A stretch of DNA of 64,000 bases, taken from an uncultured Actinomycetes bacterium (GTDB taxonomy: Bacteria > Actinomycetota > Acidimicrobiia > IMCC26256 > PALSA-610). Position 1 is the stretch's first letter; each line of letters opens with the position of its first letter. This document shows positions 46,752-56,106 of the stretch, one piece after another. Below the pieces are notes generated by a model. That model worked only from the letters and a program-made list of their open reading frames with translations, had not been told where the DNA came from and ran no database searches. The stretch spans positions 1,514,607 through 1,578,606 of the forward strand of contig CAWEUJ010000004.1 of the NCBI GenBank assembly GCA_963812205.1, written 5' to 3'. The translations under genes were made by a program, and so were the position numbers.

Positions 46752-47674
46752 AGCCCGCTCCCTGCGACGTTCGGGCCGGCGTGGAATTCGTCGCTGCCGC
46801 GCGTCATTTCCATGAAGGCCTCCTCGAGTGACGCCTCCTGGCGCGACAGTTCATACAGCGTGATCCCGGCGTCGGCGGCGATGATGCCGACATCGCGACA
46901 CTCCAAGCCGGTCACGATCAGGGTGTCGTCGCCGGCCGGCTCGGCATCGGCGCCCGCCGCGGTCACGCGTGCGCGCAACGCCTCGGCCTGTGGCGAGATG
47001 ACCTTGACATGATTGGCGGACGCTTGCGCGATGACCTCGGCCACGCTGGCGTCCGCGATGAGCCGGCCTTTCCCGATCACGATGAGGTGATCTGCGGTCA
47101 GCGCCATCTCGCTCATCAGATGGCTCGACACGAACACCGTGCGGCCCTCGGACGCGAGGGAACGCAACAGCTGGCGAACCCACTGAATCCCTTCCGGGTC
47201 GAGTCCGTTCACCGGTTCGTCGAGCAGGAGCACCTCAGGGTCGCCCAAGAGCGCGGCCGCGATCCCGAGCCGCTGGTTCATACCCAGCGAGAACGTCCCT
47301 GCTCGTTTCCGGGCCACCGACGTGAGACCGACCTGCTCGAGCACCTCGTCGGCACGGCTCGTACGGATCCCATTCGATTGGGCCAGCCAACGCAAATGGT
47401 TCCGGGCACTGCGGCTGGGATGAATCGCTTTCGCCTCCAGCAGCGCGCCGACCTCGTGTAACGGGAAACGCCGGTCGTGATACCGACGTCCGCTCACCGT
47501 GATGCGACCCGACGACGGAGCATCCAGACCCACGATCAACCGCATCGTCGTCGACTTGCCCGCCCCGTTCGGCCCCAAGAAGCCGGTCACGCGACCGTCG
47601 GCCACCGTGAACGTGAGGTCGTCCACGGCCTTGGTCGACCCGTACCGCTTCGTCAACCCAGTCGCTTCGATCAT
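46748..47674 (-). CDS. ABC transporter ATP-binding protein
   Basis: Walker A GPNGAGKST, signature FSLGMNQRL, Walker B LLLDEP. 4-nt overlap with the permease gene. Confidence 0.9.
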   Translation of the reverse strand: MIEATGLTKRYGSTKAVDDLTFTVADGRVTGFLGPNGAGKSTTMRLIVGLDAPSSGRITVSGRRYHDRRFPLHEVGALLEAKAIHPSRSARNHLRWLAQSNGIRTSRADEVLEQVGLTSVARKRAGTFSLGMNQRLGIAAALLGDPEVLLLDEPVNGLDPEGIQWVRQLLRSLASEGRTVFVSSHLMSEMALTADHLIVIGKGRLIADASVAEVIAQASANHVKVISPQAEALRARVTAAGADAEPAGDDTLIVTGLECRDVGIIAADAGITLYELSRQEASLEEAFMEMTRGSDEFHAGPNVAGSGL

Positions 47675-47938
47675 TGCGCTCCAAACGCATTCCGCCCGGC
47701 AGAGTCCCGGGCGTTCTAGCGACACGATCTGTGTGTGACCTGTGTCAATACCGACACGCTCGACGCAGTCGACGGCCGGCTGCCGCTCGCTTCTCCGGTG
47801 ACGTGGACGGCGCCACCGCCATCCGGAGCTTTGTTGCCGCCGATCCGCCGATCCGTTCCCGCGCCGCCCCCGCCGGGAAACAGGCGAGCAGTTGACAACC
47901 GGTCGCGCGCAACGTCACTGCGACGGTGGAGATCGTGT

Positions 47939-48709
47939 CTACGTGTCTTGGTCGGCACGCAGCTCGTGCGAGCCGGCCGGGCTGGACGAGATCTGGAGAT
48001 CTCCCGCACGAAGTCGATGGTTCGTAACATCCCTGGCGACGTCGGTGAGGAGACGATTGTTGCGTCGTGCGTACCCCCGCAAGAGCGCGAAGCCCTCGTC
48101 GGTATCGAGGCCGAGCCGTTCGGCGAGAACGCCTTTGGCTTGCTCGATCGCGATCCGGCTCTGCAATGCGTGTCCGAGTTCTTCGGCAAGAGCCGCGCCG
48201 TGACTATGAGCGCGCTGTTGGAGGACTCCGATGGTCGCGACGTCGACGAGTCCCCGTGTGAGTGATACGTCGACGGCGTCGAGGTCGCGACGTTGCATGT
48301 CGAAGATGTTCATCGCGCCGATGCGCTCGTCACGCCTTCGCATCGGTAGTGCGTGCACGGTCCGATAACCCAGAGCCCGCGCCTTGGGGCTGAAATGCGG
48401 CCATCGTTCGTCCGACACGTCGAGGTCGACGTTCACGAGCTGTTCGCCCGATTCCACCGCGTCGTGACATGGCCCTTCTTCGGACTGCAGCTCGAACAGT
48501 TCGATTCCATGCATCCGTTCCGTCGAGCTCGCCATGACCCGGAGCATCCCGTCGGTGTCCATCAGGACCACCCCGACTTCTGTCGCGTCGAGCAGTTCCG
48601 CGGTCCGTCCCACGAGCATCGAGAGGAAATCAACGAGATCGAAGTTGTCGACGAGGGTGTCCGCGATCTCCGGAAAGACACGAGCGATCCACTCGTATCG
48701 ATTGTCCAT
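47939..48709 (-). CDS. GAF + ANTAR domain RNA-binding regulator
   Basis: N-terminal GAF-like domain. C-terminal ..LQSRIAIEQAKGVLAERLGLDTDEGFALLRGYARRNNRLLTDVA (ANTAR). Confidence 0.8.
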   Translation of the reverse strand: MDNRYEWIARVFPEIADTLVDNFDLVDFLSMLVGRTAELLDATEVGVVLMDTDGMLRVMASSTERMHGIELFELQSEEGPCHDAVESGEQLVNVDLDVSDERWPHFSPKARALGYRTVHALPMRRRDERIGAMNIFDMQRRDLDAVDVSLTRGLVDVATIGVLQQRAHSHGAALAEELGHALQSRIAIEQAKGVLAERLGLDTDEGFALLRGYARRNNRLLTDVARDVTNHRLRAGDLQISSSPAGSHELRADQDT

Positions 48710-49276
48710 CCGCTCACTCCTCGCTGCGACGATTGCGCATCCGGCGCGCTGTTCCGCCAGTCATTGTCCAATAATGGTCGTCAATTTCTCCAGCGGATTC
48801 TTCACACATCAGCGCTTGGTGCCCTCCAGTGCAGAGCGTGCCAAGACGGTGGGTGAGTCCTCCAGTGCCGTTCGCAATCGCTTGCATATCCGGTCATCGG
48901 GCCATTGGTCCCGCGCGCGTCCACGCCTACTGCTACGCGCACCACGTCCTGCGTCCGAGACGACCGCGGGAGAAACCCGCACGGCCGGCCGGCCCTCATC
49001 GTGAAAACGGGGACGTGCCGGGCGCGTTGGCGCAGATCCTCCGTCGACACGAGCACCTCGTCTCCCACCCCGATATCACCGAGAGCGATCGCGTTTCGAT
49101 CTCGCGGCGTGACCGGTGAAAGCGCGCCGGGTCCGCAAACGCGACGCGAGATTGCGAGTTGCGGCTGCGGGGAACTACCCCTTGACGGAGCCCGGGTGAC
49201 GACGGGTCTCCGAGTTGTGCGACCGGCGAACGTGGTGCGAGGACGAGGGTCGACCTGATTCGGGCGGACCGTGAGC

Positions 49277-49603
49277 CTACGAGGCGCCGGACACGATCGG
49301 GGTGAACCCACCCGCAGAGGTCGGCAATCCCGTCGGAGGAACCGCCGGCGTTTGGCTGAACCCGGTGCCGGTGCCGTTGCCGTTGCCGTTGCCGCCGTCG
49401 TCGGTCGGCAGGGTCGTGACCGTGGAAGCGCGGCCCGCCGTCGTCGCGGCGCCTGACCGCGTGCTCGCCGGCACCGAATGCGACGCAAGACCTGCGAAGA
49501 AGCCGGTCCCGACGATCGCGCCCGCCGCGGTCCAACCCGTGATGGTGCTCACCCGCCGTAACCCGCTGTCACGGCTCCATCGGGAAAACCGCCTGGTGGT
49601 CAT
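49277..49603 (-). CDS. Small secreted/anchored low-complexity protein
   Basis: N-terminal hydrophobic segment (WTAAGAIVGTGFFAGLA), then S/T/G/P-rich sequence with GGNGNGNGTGTG, encoded by a hexanucleotide repeat at 49364-49393. Confidence 0.4.
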   Translation of the reverse strand: MTTRRFSRWSRDSGLRRVSTITGWTAAGAIVGTGFFAGLASHSVPASTRSGAATTAGRASTVTTLPTDDGGNGNGNGTGTGFSQTPAVPPTGLPTSAGGFTPIVSGAS

Positions 49604-49737
49604 GGAACCATACTCGCCGCAGACATTGTGAAGTCCCTTGCGATTTCGTGTGAAGGGACTCGGTGTCGGGCAAGGGTCTTGCCAATTCGCCGCAGGGGAT
49701 CAGGACACGCGTCTGCTGCGGGGCGCGTCGCTGCCCG

Positions 49738-51464
49738 TCAACCGATCGCGGTACGCGACTTCTTGACGCGGTAGAGCCGCCACGCGTACCCGCCATGGGA
49801 CGCCGGGAACTCGCGCACGAACGTGCCGATGCCGCCGCCGTTCTCGTAGAGGTGCGGATACGTGTGCTCCAGCACGTGGCTCGAGGTCGGCGCTGCGAGC
49901 AGGTACTGGACGCCCCAGAGTGCGGGGTCGGCGAGCGTCGCCTTGAAGTCGCGATCAGGCGTGATGACGAACGTCGACGGATCCTGCGACGCCAGAACGA
50001 TCGCGAAGCCGTCGGTGGCGTCGAGCAATACCGCCCCGCGCCGGAGATGCATCGCCGCGATCGCGCTCGCGACGGCCCGGTCGTCGTCCCAGCGGCGAAG
50101 GGCATCAGGGCGGGGCCGACCGAGGAGCACGTCGCCGATGGCGCGCAACTGCGGTGCCTCCTCGCGCGCGATGCGCATGTCGACCATCGCGGCGGCGGCC
50201 GTCGGGAGCGCGGGGACGACCAGCGCGACTGCGACGAGGGTGAGAGCGACTGTCGCCGAACGTTGCGCGACACGGCGGAGCAGGCGCTTCGGCCGGGGTC
50301 GTTCGGCGCGGCCCGCGAGCGGGAGCGCGGCACAGATCCACAGGAGCGGGACCGCCGTGATCGAGAAGCGCAGCCAACCGTACGACCCGCCGGTGTCGAA
50401 GAAGAAGTCCTCGAATACGAGGACGCTCAAGAGCGCGGCCACGGGCGCGAGCACCCGCGCGTCGCGCCGCCGCAGCGCGACGAACCCGGCCAGCACGAGC
50501 GCGATCGACAACAGCGGTGCGAGCAGCGTGGTCTGGGTGAGGCGGTAGAGTTCGAAGGCGCGCACGCCGTGGCCGCCGGCGAGCCGGGCGAAATCGTTCT
50601 GCAGGTGCGCGGCGTCCGACTCCGAGCCGTACACCTGGCTGTACGACATGAACGCCTGGCCCATGATCAACCAGCGCGTGAGCGACCACAGCACCCAGGA
50701 CGCTCCGATCGGCACGCCGACGACCGCGACGTCGGCGAGCGCGCGCGAGCGCCGGACCCGCCATCCGGCACCCGCGCGCACCCAGCTCACGAGCGCGACG
50801 ACGCCCATCGCGCTCAGACCTGCGACCAACCCTTCGTACCGCGTGAGATAGGCGAGACCGAACGCGACGCCCGCCGGGGCAAGGTGCACCGGGTCGTCGT
50901 CGTGCAGCCAACGCAGCAGCGGGCGCGTCCCGGCGAGAAGCATGCAGAGCATGGCCGCTTCGCTCATCCCGTTCGCGCCGTAGTAGAGGATCATCGGATG
51001 TAGCGCGAACAGCACGGTAAGCAGAAGGCGGGTGCGCGTCCGCACGCCGAGGTCCTCGAGGATTCCGCGCATTGCCACGACTGCGCCTGCCATGAACAGC
51101 GCCGACGACAGGTTGGCCGCGAAGCCGGTACTCGCGATCGTGGGCCACCACGGTCGCAACTACCAGGAACGGGAGCATCGCGACCGACGGCAGCGGCATC
51201 CAGTCGAACCCGATCGCGGCGACGTGGGGATCGCGCCCGTCGAGCACGTAGGACGCGTTGGCGGCGCGGCTCAGCGCGTCGCCGACGACGCTGCCGAAGT
51301 GGAACACCAGGACGGCGCCGATCGGCCACGTACGCCGCGGCCGTGAGCGAGAACACACATTTCGTCTCGGTGGGCCGCAACACGCGACCGACGCGCGGCC
51401 AGAAGGTCGATCGGTCCCGCTCGTAGGTGCCCGGTCCGGTGAGGTCGATGACGATCGCGCTCAC
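49738..51464 (-). pseudogene. GT-C-like polytopic membrane glycosyltransferase (ArnT/PMT-like), two frameshifts (about 51330 and 51160)
   Basis: GTGA overlap with the upstream GT2. Three frames stitch to VSAIVIDLTGPG..CVFSLTAAAY / WPIGAVLVFHFGSVVGDALSRAANASYVLDGRDPHVAAIGFDWMPLPSVAMLPFLVV / RPWWPTIASTGFAANLSSALFMAG..YYGANGMSEAAMLCML.. and continue to the stop at 49738. Confidence 0.6.
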
Positions 51465-52924
51465 GTGAGCACGACCTCGGCCGGCTGGGCGTGGGGGTGC
51501 AACCCGTGCACGGTCTTCTCCCAGAACGTCGGCGCAGATGCGAGCTGCCAGACGGCCTTCACCGCGGCGACGGACATCATCAGCCAGTAGACGGGCGCGA
51601 GCAGCGCGGTGCCGACGAGGTCGGAGTTGCCGGCCAGGCGCGCGGTCACGACGTTGAGGTACACGCACGTCAGGTTGCCGAACACGAGACAACAGACTGC
51701 GACGTAGTACAGCGGTGCCGGGAACAGCGCGAGGATCCAGCCCGGCTTGCTCACGAACCACCAGATCGTCATGAACCACAGCAGCGGGTTCACCAGCGCG
51801 AGGAGTGGTGTGCCGCAGACGAACAAGTTGAACGCGACGAAGCCCGTCGTGCCGAGCTCTCGCCGCAAACGGCGCGGATGACGCATGTGCACCAGCCACG
51901 TCTGCAGGTATCCCTTGTGCCAGCGTGAACGCTGCTGCACCCAGTTCACGAAGTCGCTGTTGGCCTCCTCGAGTGTCAGTGAGTCGAGCACGCGCACGCG
52001 GTAGCCCAGCCGGTGCATGCGTATGCCGAGATCGGCGTCCTCGGTGACGTTGTGCGCGTCCCACGCACCGGCCGCGACCAGGGCCTCGCGGCGGAAGTGG
52101 TTCGACGTGCCTCCGAGGGGGAGCGGTGCGTTCTGCGCGACGAGGCTCGGGAGGAAGTGGGAGAACCACGTCGCGTACTCGACCTGGAACCAGCGCGTGA
52201 GCCGGTTGACGTCGTGGTTGTAGAACGCGAGGCGCGACTGCAGGCACGCGACGTCGTACGGCACCGATCTGAACGCCGCGACTGCTCGTCGCAGCTGCAG
52301 GGGCTCGGGGATGTCGTCGGCGTCGTAGATCGTGACGTACTCGCCGCGAGCGCGACAGAGGCCGTAGTTGCACGCCTTCGGCTTCGTGCGGGGCCCGACG
52401 GGCGGTACCACGACCACTTCGACGTACCGGGCCGGTCGGCTCCCGAGGACCGCGTCGCGGGTCGCGTCGTCGTCGGCTTCGATCAGGACCTTCACGTCGA
52501 GCCGGTCCTTCGGGTACTCGAAGCGGTCGATCGCGGCGAGCAGGGTTGCCACGACCTCGGGCTCCCGGTATGCGGGTACCAGCACCGTGTATATGGGGAG
52601 CTCGTGTGCGGGAAGCGCGCGCGCGGCCTCGTCGGCGATGCGGATCATCGCCGGATTGCGGATCGCCCGGCGGAACAGCATGAGGCGGTGCACGAGCGTC
52701 GCGACGTAGATGCCGAGCAGCACGGCATTGACGGCGATCGCGGTGGCGAGCGGCGCCCCGACGGCGGCGAGCGCGATCGTCACGACAATCGCGAGGACGA
52801 GGCGCCGGCCACCGCGCGTCAGGGTCCGCCGCGCGGAGAGCTCGGGATGGGCGCGGTCGAGGCCTTCGATGCTGAACGCGAGCTCCGGGTCGGCCAAGAG
52901 CGCGGCTTCCTCGGCCGGCGACAT
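51461..52924 (-). CDS. Processive family-2 glycosyltransferase (cellulose/chitin/hyaluronan synthase-like)
   Basis: VLVPAYREPE, YDADDIP, TEDADLG and QRSRWHKGY (the Q-x-x-R-W motif), with N- and C-terminal TM segments. The start shares one nucleotide with the exosortase stop. Confidence 0.85.
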   Translation of the reverse strand: MSPAEEAALLADPELAFSIEGLDRAHPELSARRTLTRGGRRLVLAIVVTIALAAVGAPLATAIAVNAVLLGIYVATLVHRLMLFRRAIRNPAMIRIADEAARALPAHELPIYTVLVPAYREPEVVATLLAAIDRFEYPKDRLDVKVLIEADDDATRDAVLGSRPARYVEVVVVPPVGPRTKPKACNYGLCRARGEYVTIYDADDIPEPLQLRRAVAAFRSVPYDVACLQSRLAFYNHDVNRLTRWFQVEYATWFSHFLPSLVAQNAPLPLGGTSNHFRREALVAAGAWDAHNVTEDADLGIRMHRLGYRVRVLDSLTLEEANSDFVNWVQQRSRWHKGYLQTWLVHMRHPRRLRRELGTTGFVAFNLFVCGTPLLALVNPLLWFMTIWWFVSKPGWILALFPAPLYYVAVCCLVFGNLTCVYLNVVTARLAGNSDLVGTALLAPVYWLMMSVAAVKAVWQLASAPTFWEKTVHGLHPHAQPAEVVLT

Positions 52925-54510
52925 CAGGCGCCTTTCCCCGACGGGCCGGCGGTTGCGGGCTTCGGTGTCGCGATGCCGTGCACGATCGAGCGCGCGAACC
53001 CGACGAGGAACGGGGTGCTCGATGCGTTGCCCGGCGCCATCAACACGAGCCGCTCGTAGCGCGTGGCGCCCGAGGTCTGGCGCACGGGCCAGATCCACGA
53101 CACGACGGTCCAGTCGGAGTGCAGTGTCGGCAGGGTGTAGCTGAGCGTCTCGGCCCGGATGCCGCCCGCGAGCTGCACATGCCCCTGGTCGCGCACTGCG
53201 TACCGGTGGAACCGGTAGCACGCGTCGAGGTTGTAGGTATCGAATCGGGAGAGGTCGCCCGTCTCCACCGCGTCGACGATCACCGTCGAGGGCGTGCCCG
53301 CGGTCGCGCGCGTGACCCCGTACTGGTAGCGCAGCCAGGTCGCTCCGCGCCCGAAGTACTGCTGAGCCCAGTCGTAGGTGTCGACGAGGTGTACCGACCA
53401 ACCCGTGATCGGTGGTGGTGCGGTCGAGAACGCGGTCAGCCGCGGCGCGCCGAGATCGCCGGCGACGAGCGCGAACCGCTGCATGCCGGCATCGACGATG
53501 CCGACGGGCACCGCGAGCGCGGCGACGGTGAGCGCGGCGGGGACGACCCGCGACACGGCCGGCCGGCGGGCACGCAGTACGTCGCGCTCGGCGGCCGACG
53601 GCGCGGGCGCGGGTCCGATGCCGAAGCGCGGCATCACGACGATCATCGCCAGGACGCCGAGCGAGAAGGTGACGAGCCCGAGATACGGGTGCAAGGTCTG
53701 GATCGCGGGACCTTCACCCCAGCGGTTGCCGACGTAGAACAGCGCCGCGATGCGCACGACGTTCAAGCCCCACGTAAGGACCAGCCCGAGCCCGAGCCAC
53801 AGCAGTTTGCGCGTGCGCGAGCCGCGCACCAGCACGAGAAACGCGCCGCCCGCGAGCAGGAAGCCGACGAGCCCGTTCACGCCGGAGCACGGCGACGCGA
53901 CGCTCACCACGAAGCTGCTCGTACCCTTGCCGATGCGGAAGAGCGATCCGTCGGAGTTCGCGACGGGGACTGCGAGCGTCGTCGCAGTGGCGACGCGGTG
54001 TAGCGCCGTCAGCGTCGCGTTGGTGACGTCGTCGAGCGTGGTTCCGAGCATGCTCGTCCACGGCAGCGGCCACGCGAGGACGAGGAAGAGCAGCGGGACC
54101 CTCAACCGTCGCGTGGTGCGGGTGCCGAACAGCAATGTGACGACGCCCGCAGCGAAGAACGGGAGTGACAGCAGGTCGACGCGCCGCTGCCAGTAGAGCA
54201 CCGACATTTGCGACGGCAGGACCGCGAGGATCACGAAGGCGACGAAGAACAGCGGGAGTGCCACGATCCAGTCGAGCTGGCGGTCGTGGATCTGCGGCTC
54301 GTCGAGCGCGGGTCGCACCCTCCCGAACGCGACAGCAAGCGCGAGCAACGGCACCAGTCCGAGGTACGCGAGCGGGGTTTGCAACCCGATCCCGCGCACG
54401 ATCGTCGTGAGCGAGTACCGGTAGGCGAGCGCGATTGCGGCGACGGCGACGACCGCGAGGGTCGTCGCCGTCCGCCGTGTGTGGTCTCGCGTCGCCGTGC
54501 TCGCGAGCAT
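52924..54510 (-). CDS. Exosortase/archaeosortase-family transpeptidase fused to an EpsI-like C-terminal domain
   Basis: About 8 TM segments. The three family signatures occur in canonical order: SPCSG (Cys), LNVVRIA (Arg), LHPYLG (His). After one further TM segment comes a non-hydrophobic domain of about 170 aa. Confidence 0.75.
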   Translation of the reverse strand: MLASTATRDHTRRTATTLAVVAVAAIALAYRYSLTTIVRGIGLQTPLAYLGLVPLLALAVAFGRVRPALDEPQIHDRQLDWIVALPLFFVAFVILAVLPSQMSVLYWQRRVDLLSLPFFAAGVVTLLFGTRTTRRLRVPLLFLVLAWPLPWTSMLGTTLDDVTNATLTALHRVATATTLAVPVANSDGSLFRIGKGTSSFVVSVASPCSGVNGLVGFLLAGGAFLVLVRGSRTRKLLWLGLGLVLTWGLNVVRIAALFYVGNRWGEGPAIQTLHPYLGLVTFSLGVLAMIVVMPRFGIGPAPAPSAAERDVLRARRPAVSRVVPAALTVAALAVPVGIVDAGMQRFALVAGDLGAPRLTAFSTAPPPITGWSVHLVDTYDWAQQYFGRGATWLRYQYGVTRATAGTPSTVIVDAVETGDLSRFDTYNLDACYRFHRYAVRDQGHVQLAGGIRAETLSYTLPTLHSDWTVVSWIWPVRQTSGATRYERLVLMAPGNASSTPFLVGFARSIVHGIATPKPATAGPSGKGA

Positions 54511-54516
54511 CGTGCG

Positions 54517-55026
54517 TCAGGCCGCCAGCCGGTTCGCGCGCCGCCGCAGCAGGAGGAATCCGCCGCCGAAGAGCGCGCCGGCCGCGACGAGCATCCAGGC
54601 CGCGTACGGCACTTCGGGCACGACCGGCGGCGGAGCTGCATTCACCGTCACCGCCAGGTCGGAGCATTGGGATCCAAAGCCGGTCTGCACATCGACCGCC
54701 TGCAGGCTGTACGTGGCCGTCGCCGCGGGGGTCAATACGGTCGAGCCACCCGCGGGAACGAGAACCGGAGCGCCGCCGGTGCAGCCGGCGGCCGGGTACA
54801 CGTCGAGTTCCGTCGGATCGATGGCGGTGCTCGTGTAACCGATCGTCACCGTGTCGCTCGCGTTGATCGTCGCCGAGGACGGGTTCACGCCGAGCGTGCT
54901 GTTCCCCGTGCCGTCCCAAGTCACGGCGACGCCGGTATCGGCCGCGAATGCCGGCCCGGCGGCGATCCCGAGCGTGGCCGCGAGTACCGCGATCATCACC
55001 ACGAGGCGTTGAAATGTCTTGCGCAT
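54517..55026 (-). CDS. Secreted protein with PEP-CTERM-like sorting tail (substrate 4)
   Basis: Signal peptide ..IAAGPAFA. Body VAVTWDGTGNS.. with two Cys. Tail AAPPPVVPEVPYAAWMLVAAGALFGGGFLLLRRRANRLAA. AAAGG lies 8 nt upstream of the ATG. Confidence 0.75.
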   Translation of the reverse strand: MRKTFQRLVVMIAVLAATLGIAAGPAFAADTGVAVTWDGTGNSTLGVNPSSATINASDTVTIGYTSTAIDPTELDVYPAAGCTGGAPVLVPAGGSTVLTPAATATYSLQAVDVQTGFGSQCSDLAVTVNAAPPPVVPEVPYAAWMLVAAGALFGGGFLLLRRRANRLAA

Positions 55027-55042
55027 GGTCACACCTTTCTGA

Positions 55043-55579
55043 TCAGACGACACGGGCGCGCCGTCGCCGGACTACGTAGAAGCCACCGCCGAACAACGCG
55101 GCCGCCGCGCCGAGTAGCGCGACCGTGTACGGCGCCTCCGGAACGTCGGGCGGTGGCGTACCACCGATCGTCGTCGACGTCGTCGTCGTGCCCAGATTCG
55201 TGACGGTGACTTCTAGGTTGTCGCACGCGCTGACCTCGAGGTCCGTGGTGGCCTCGAGGGCGTACGTGTCGGTCGACGTGGGTGAGATCGTCGTCGACGA
55301 CCCCGAACCGAATGACGCCACCGAGTTGAGCGGCTGGCTACAGGTGCCCTCGGTCACGGAGAGAACACTTCCGGACGGGCCCGTATAGGAGATGTTGACG
55401 GAGTCGCCGTTGGTGATCGTGATGCTGCTCGATGGATTGAACGAGAGCTGGCTCACGTGCACTCCGTCCCACGAAACCGCCACGTTCGACGTCCCGGCGC
55501 TGGCCGGCGCGGCGGCAAGTGCCGTGACGAACAGCGTCGTTACGGAGACCGCTACGACGCGGCGAATGATTCCTCTCAC
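55043..55579 (-). CDS. Secreted protein with PEP-CTERM-like sorting tail (substrate 3, paralog of 4)
   Basis: GTG start with AAGGGGGG upstream and a GTGA overlap with substrate 2. Signal ..ALAAAPASA. Tail GGTPPPDVPEAPYTVALLGAAAALFGGGFYVVRRRRARVV. Confidence 0.75.
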   Translation of the reverse strand: MRGIIRRVVAVSVTTLFVTALAAAPASAGTSNVAVSWDGVHVSQLSFNPSSSITITNGDSVNISYTGPSGSVLSVTEGTCSQPLNSVASFGSGSSTTISPTSTDTYALEATTDLEVSACDNLEVTVTNLGTTTTSTTIGGTPPPDVPEAPYTVALLGAAAALFGGGFYVVRRRRARVV

Positions 55580-56106
55580 TGAGTCCCCCCTTGATGTGCG
55601 TCCGCCGTCGCACGACGGCGGAGGATCCAAAACGACATCCCGAAGAGCGCCGCCGCGACGAGCGGCAGGAGCCGCGCGTCGGGGACTTCCGCCAGCTCCG
55701 GTGGCGGCGACGTGCCCGTGCCCGCAAGCGTGTAGGTGAACGGCGTCGACCCACCCGTCGCGGGGTTCGTCTCGGTTCCGCTGAGTGTGCCCGTCGCGGA
55801 ACCGGCTCCGACCGGTGTGAAGACCAGTGTGACGCCGCACGACGCCGGTGACGGCACCGCGTTGCAGTTCGTGTCGAGGAGCGAGAACGGCGAGCCCGGC
55901 ACGAGCGCGACGTTCGAGATCAGGTCGGAGCCGCCCGGGAAGGTGTCGCCCTCGATCATGACGGTCGCGGCCGTGCTGCTGGCGCCGACCGCGACCGTGC
56001 CGAAGTCGAGCGGCGAGGGCGGGGAGAAGGTCGCGGCGCCCGCTCCGGGAAGCGCGAACCCGAGTGCGAGCGCAACCACCGCGCATGCGACGAGCGCGCG
56101 TCGCAT
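55576..56106 (-). CDS. Secreted protein, choice-of-anchor-D-like Ig domain, PEP-CTERM-like tail (substrate 2)
   Basis: Signal ..FALPGAGA. SPLDFGTVAVGASS..CNAVPSPASCGVTLVFTPVGAG. Tail SPPPELAEVPDARLLPLVAAALFGMSFWILRRRATADAHQGGTQ. Confidence 0.7.
   Translation of the reverse strand: MRRALVACAVVALALGFALPGAGAATFSPPSPLDFGTVAVGASSTAATVMIEGDTFPGGSDLISNVALVPGSPFSLLDTNCNAVPSPASCGVTLVFTPVGAGSATGTLSGTETNPATGGSTPFTYTLAGTGTSPPPELAEVPDARLLPLVAAALFGMSFWILRRRATADAHQGGTQ

Noticed and set aside
48802-49276. Possible small AbrB/MazE-like antitoxin gene on the minus strand (..RNAIALGDIGVGDEVLVSTEDL..).
   Set aside because: The resemblance covers only a stretch of about 20 aa. There is no clear start, RBS or partner toxin gene, and the rest of the frame is not protein-like.
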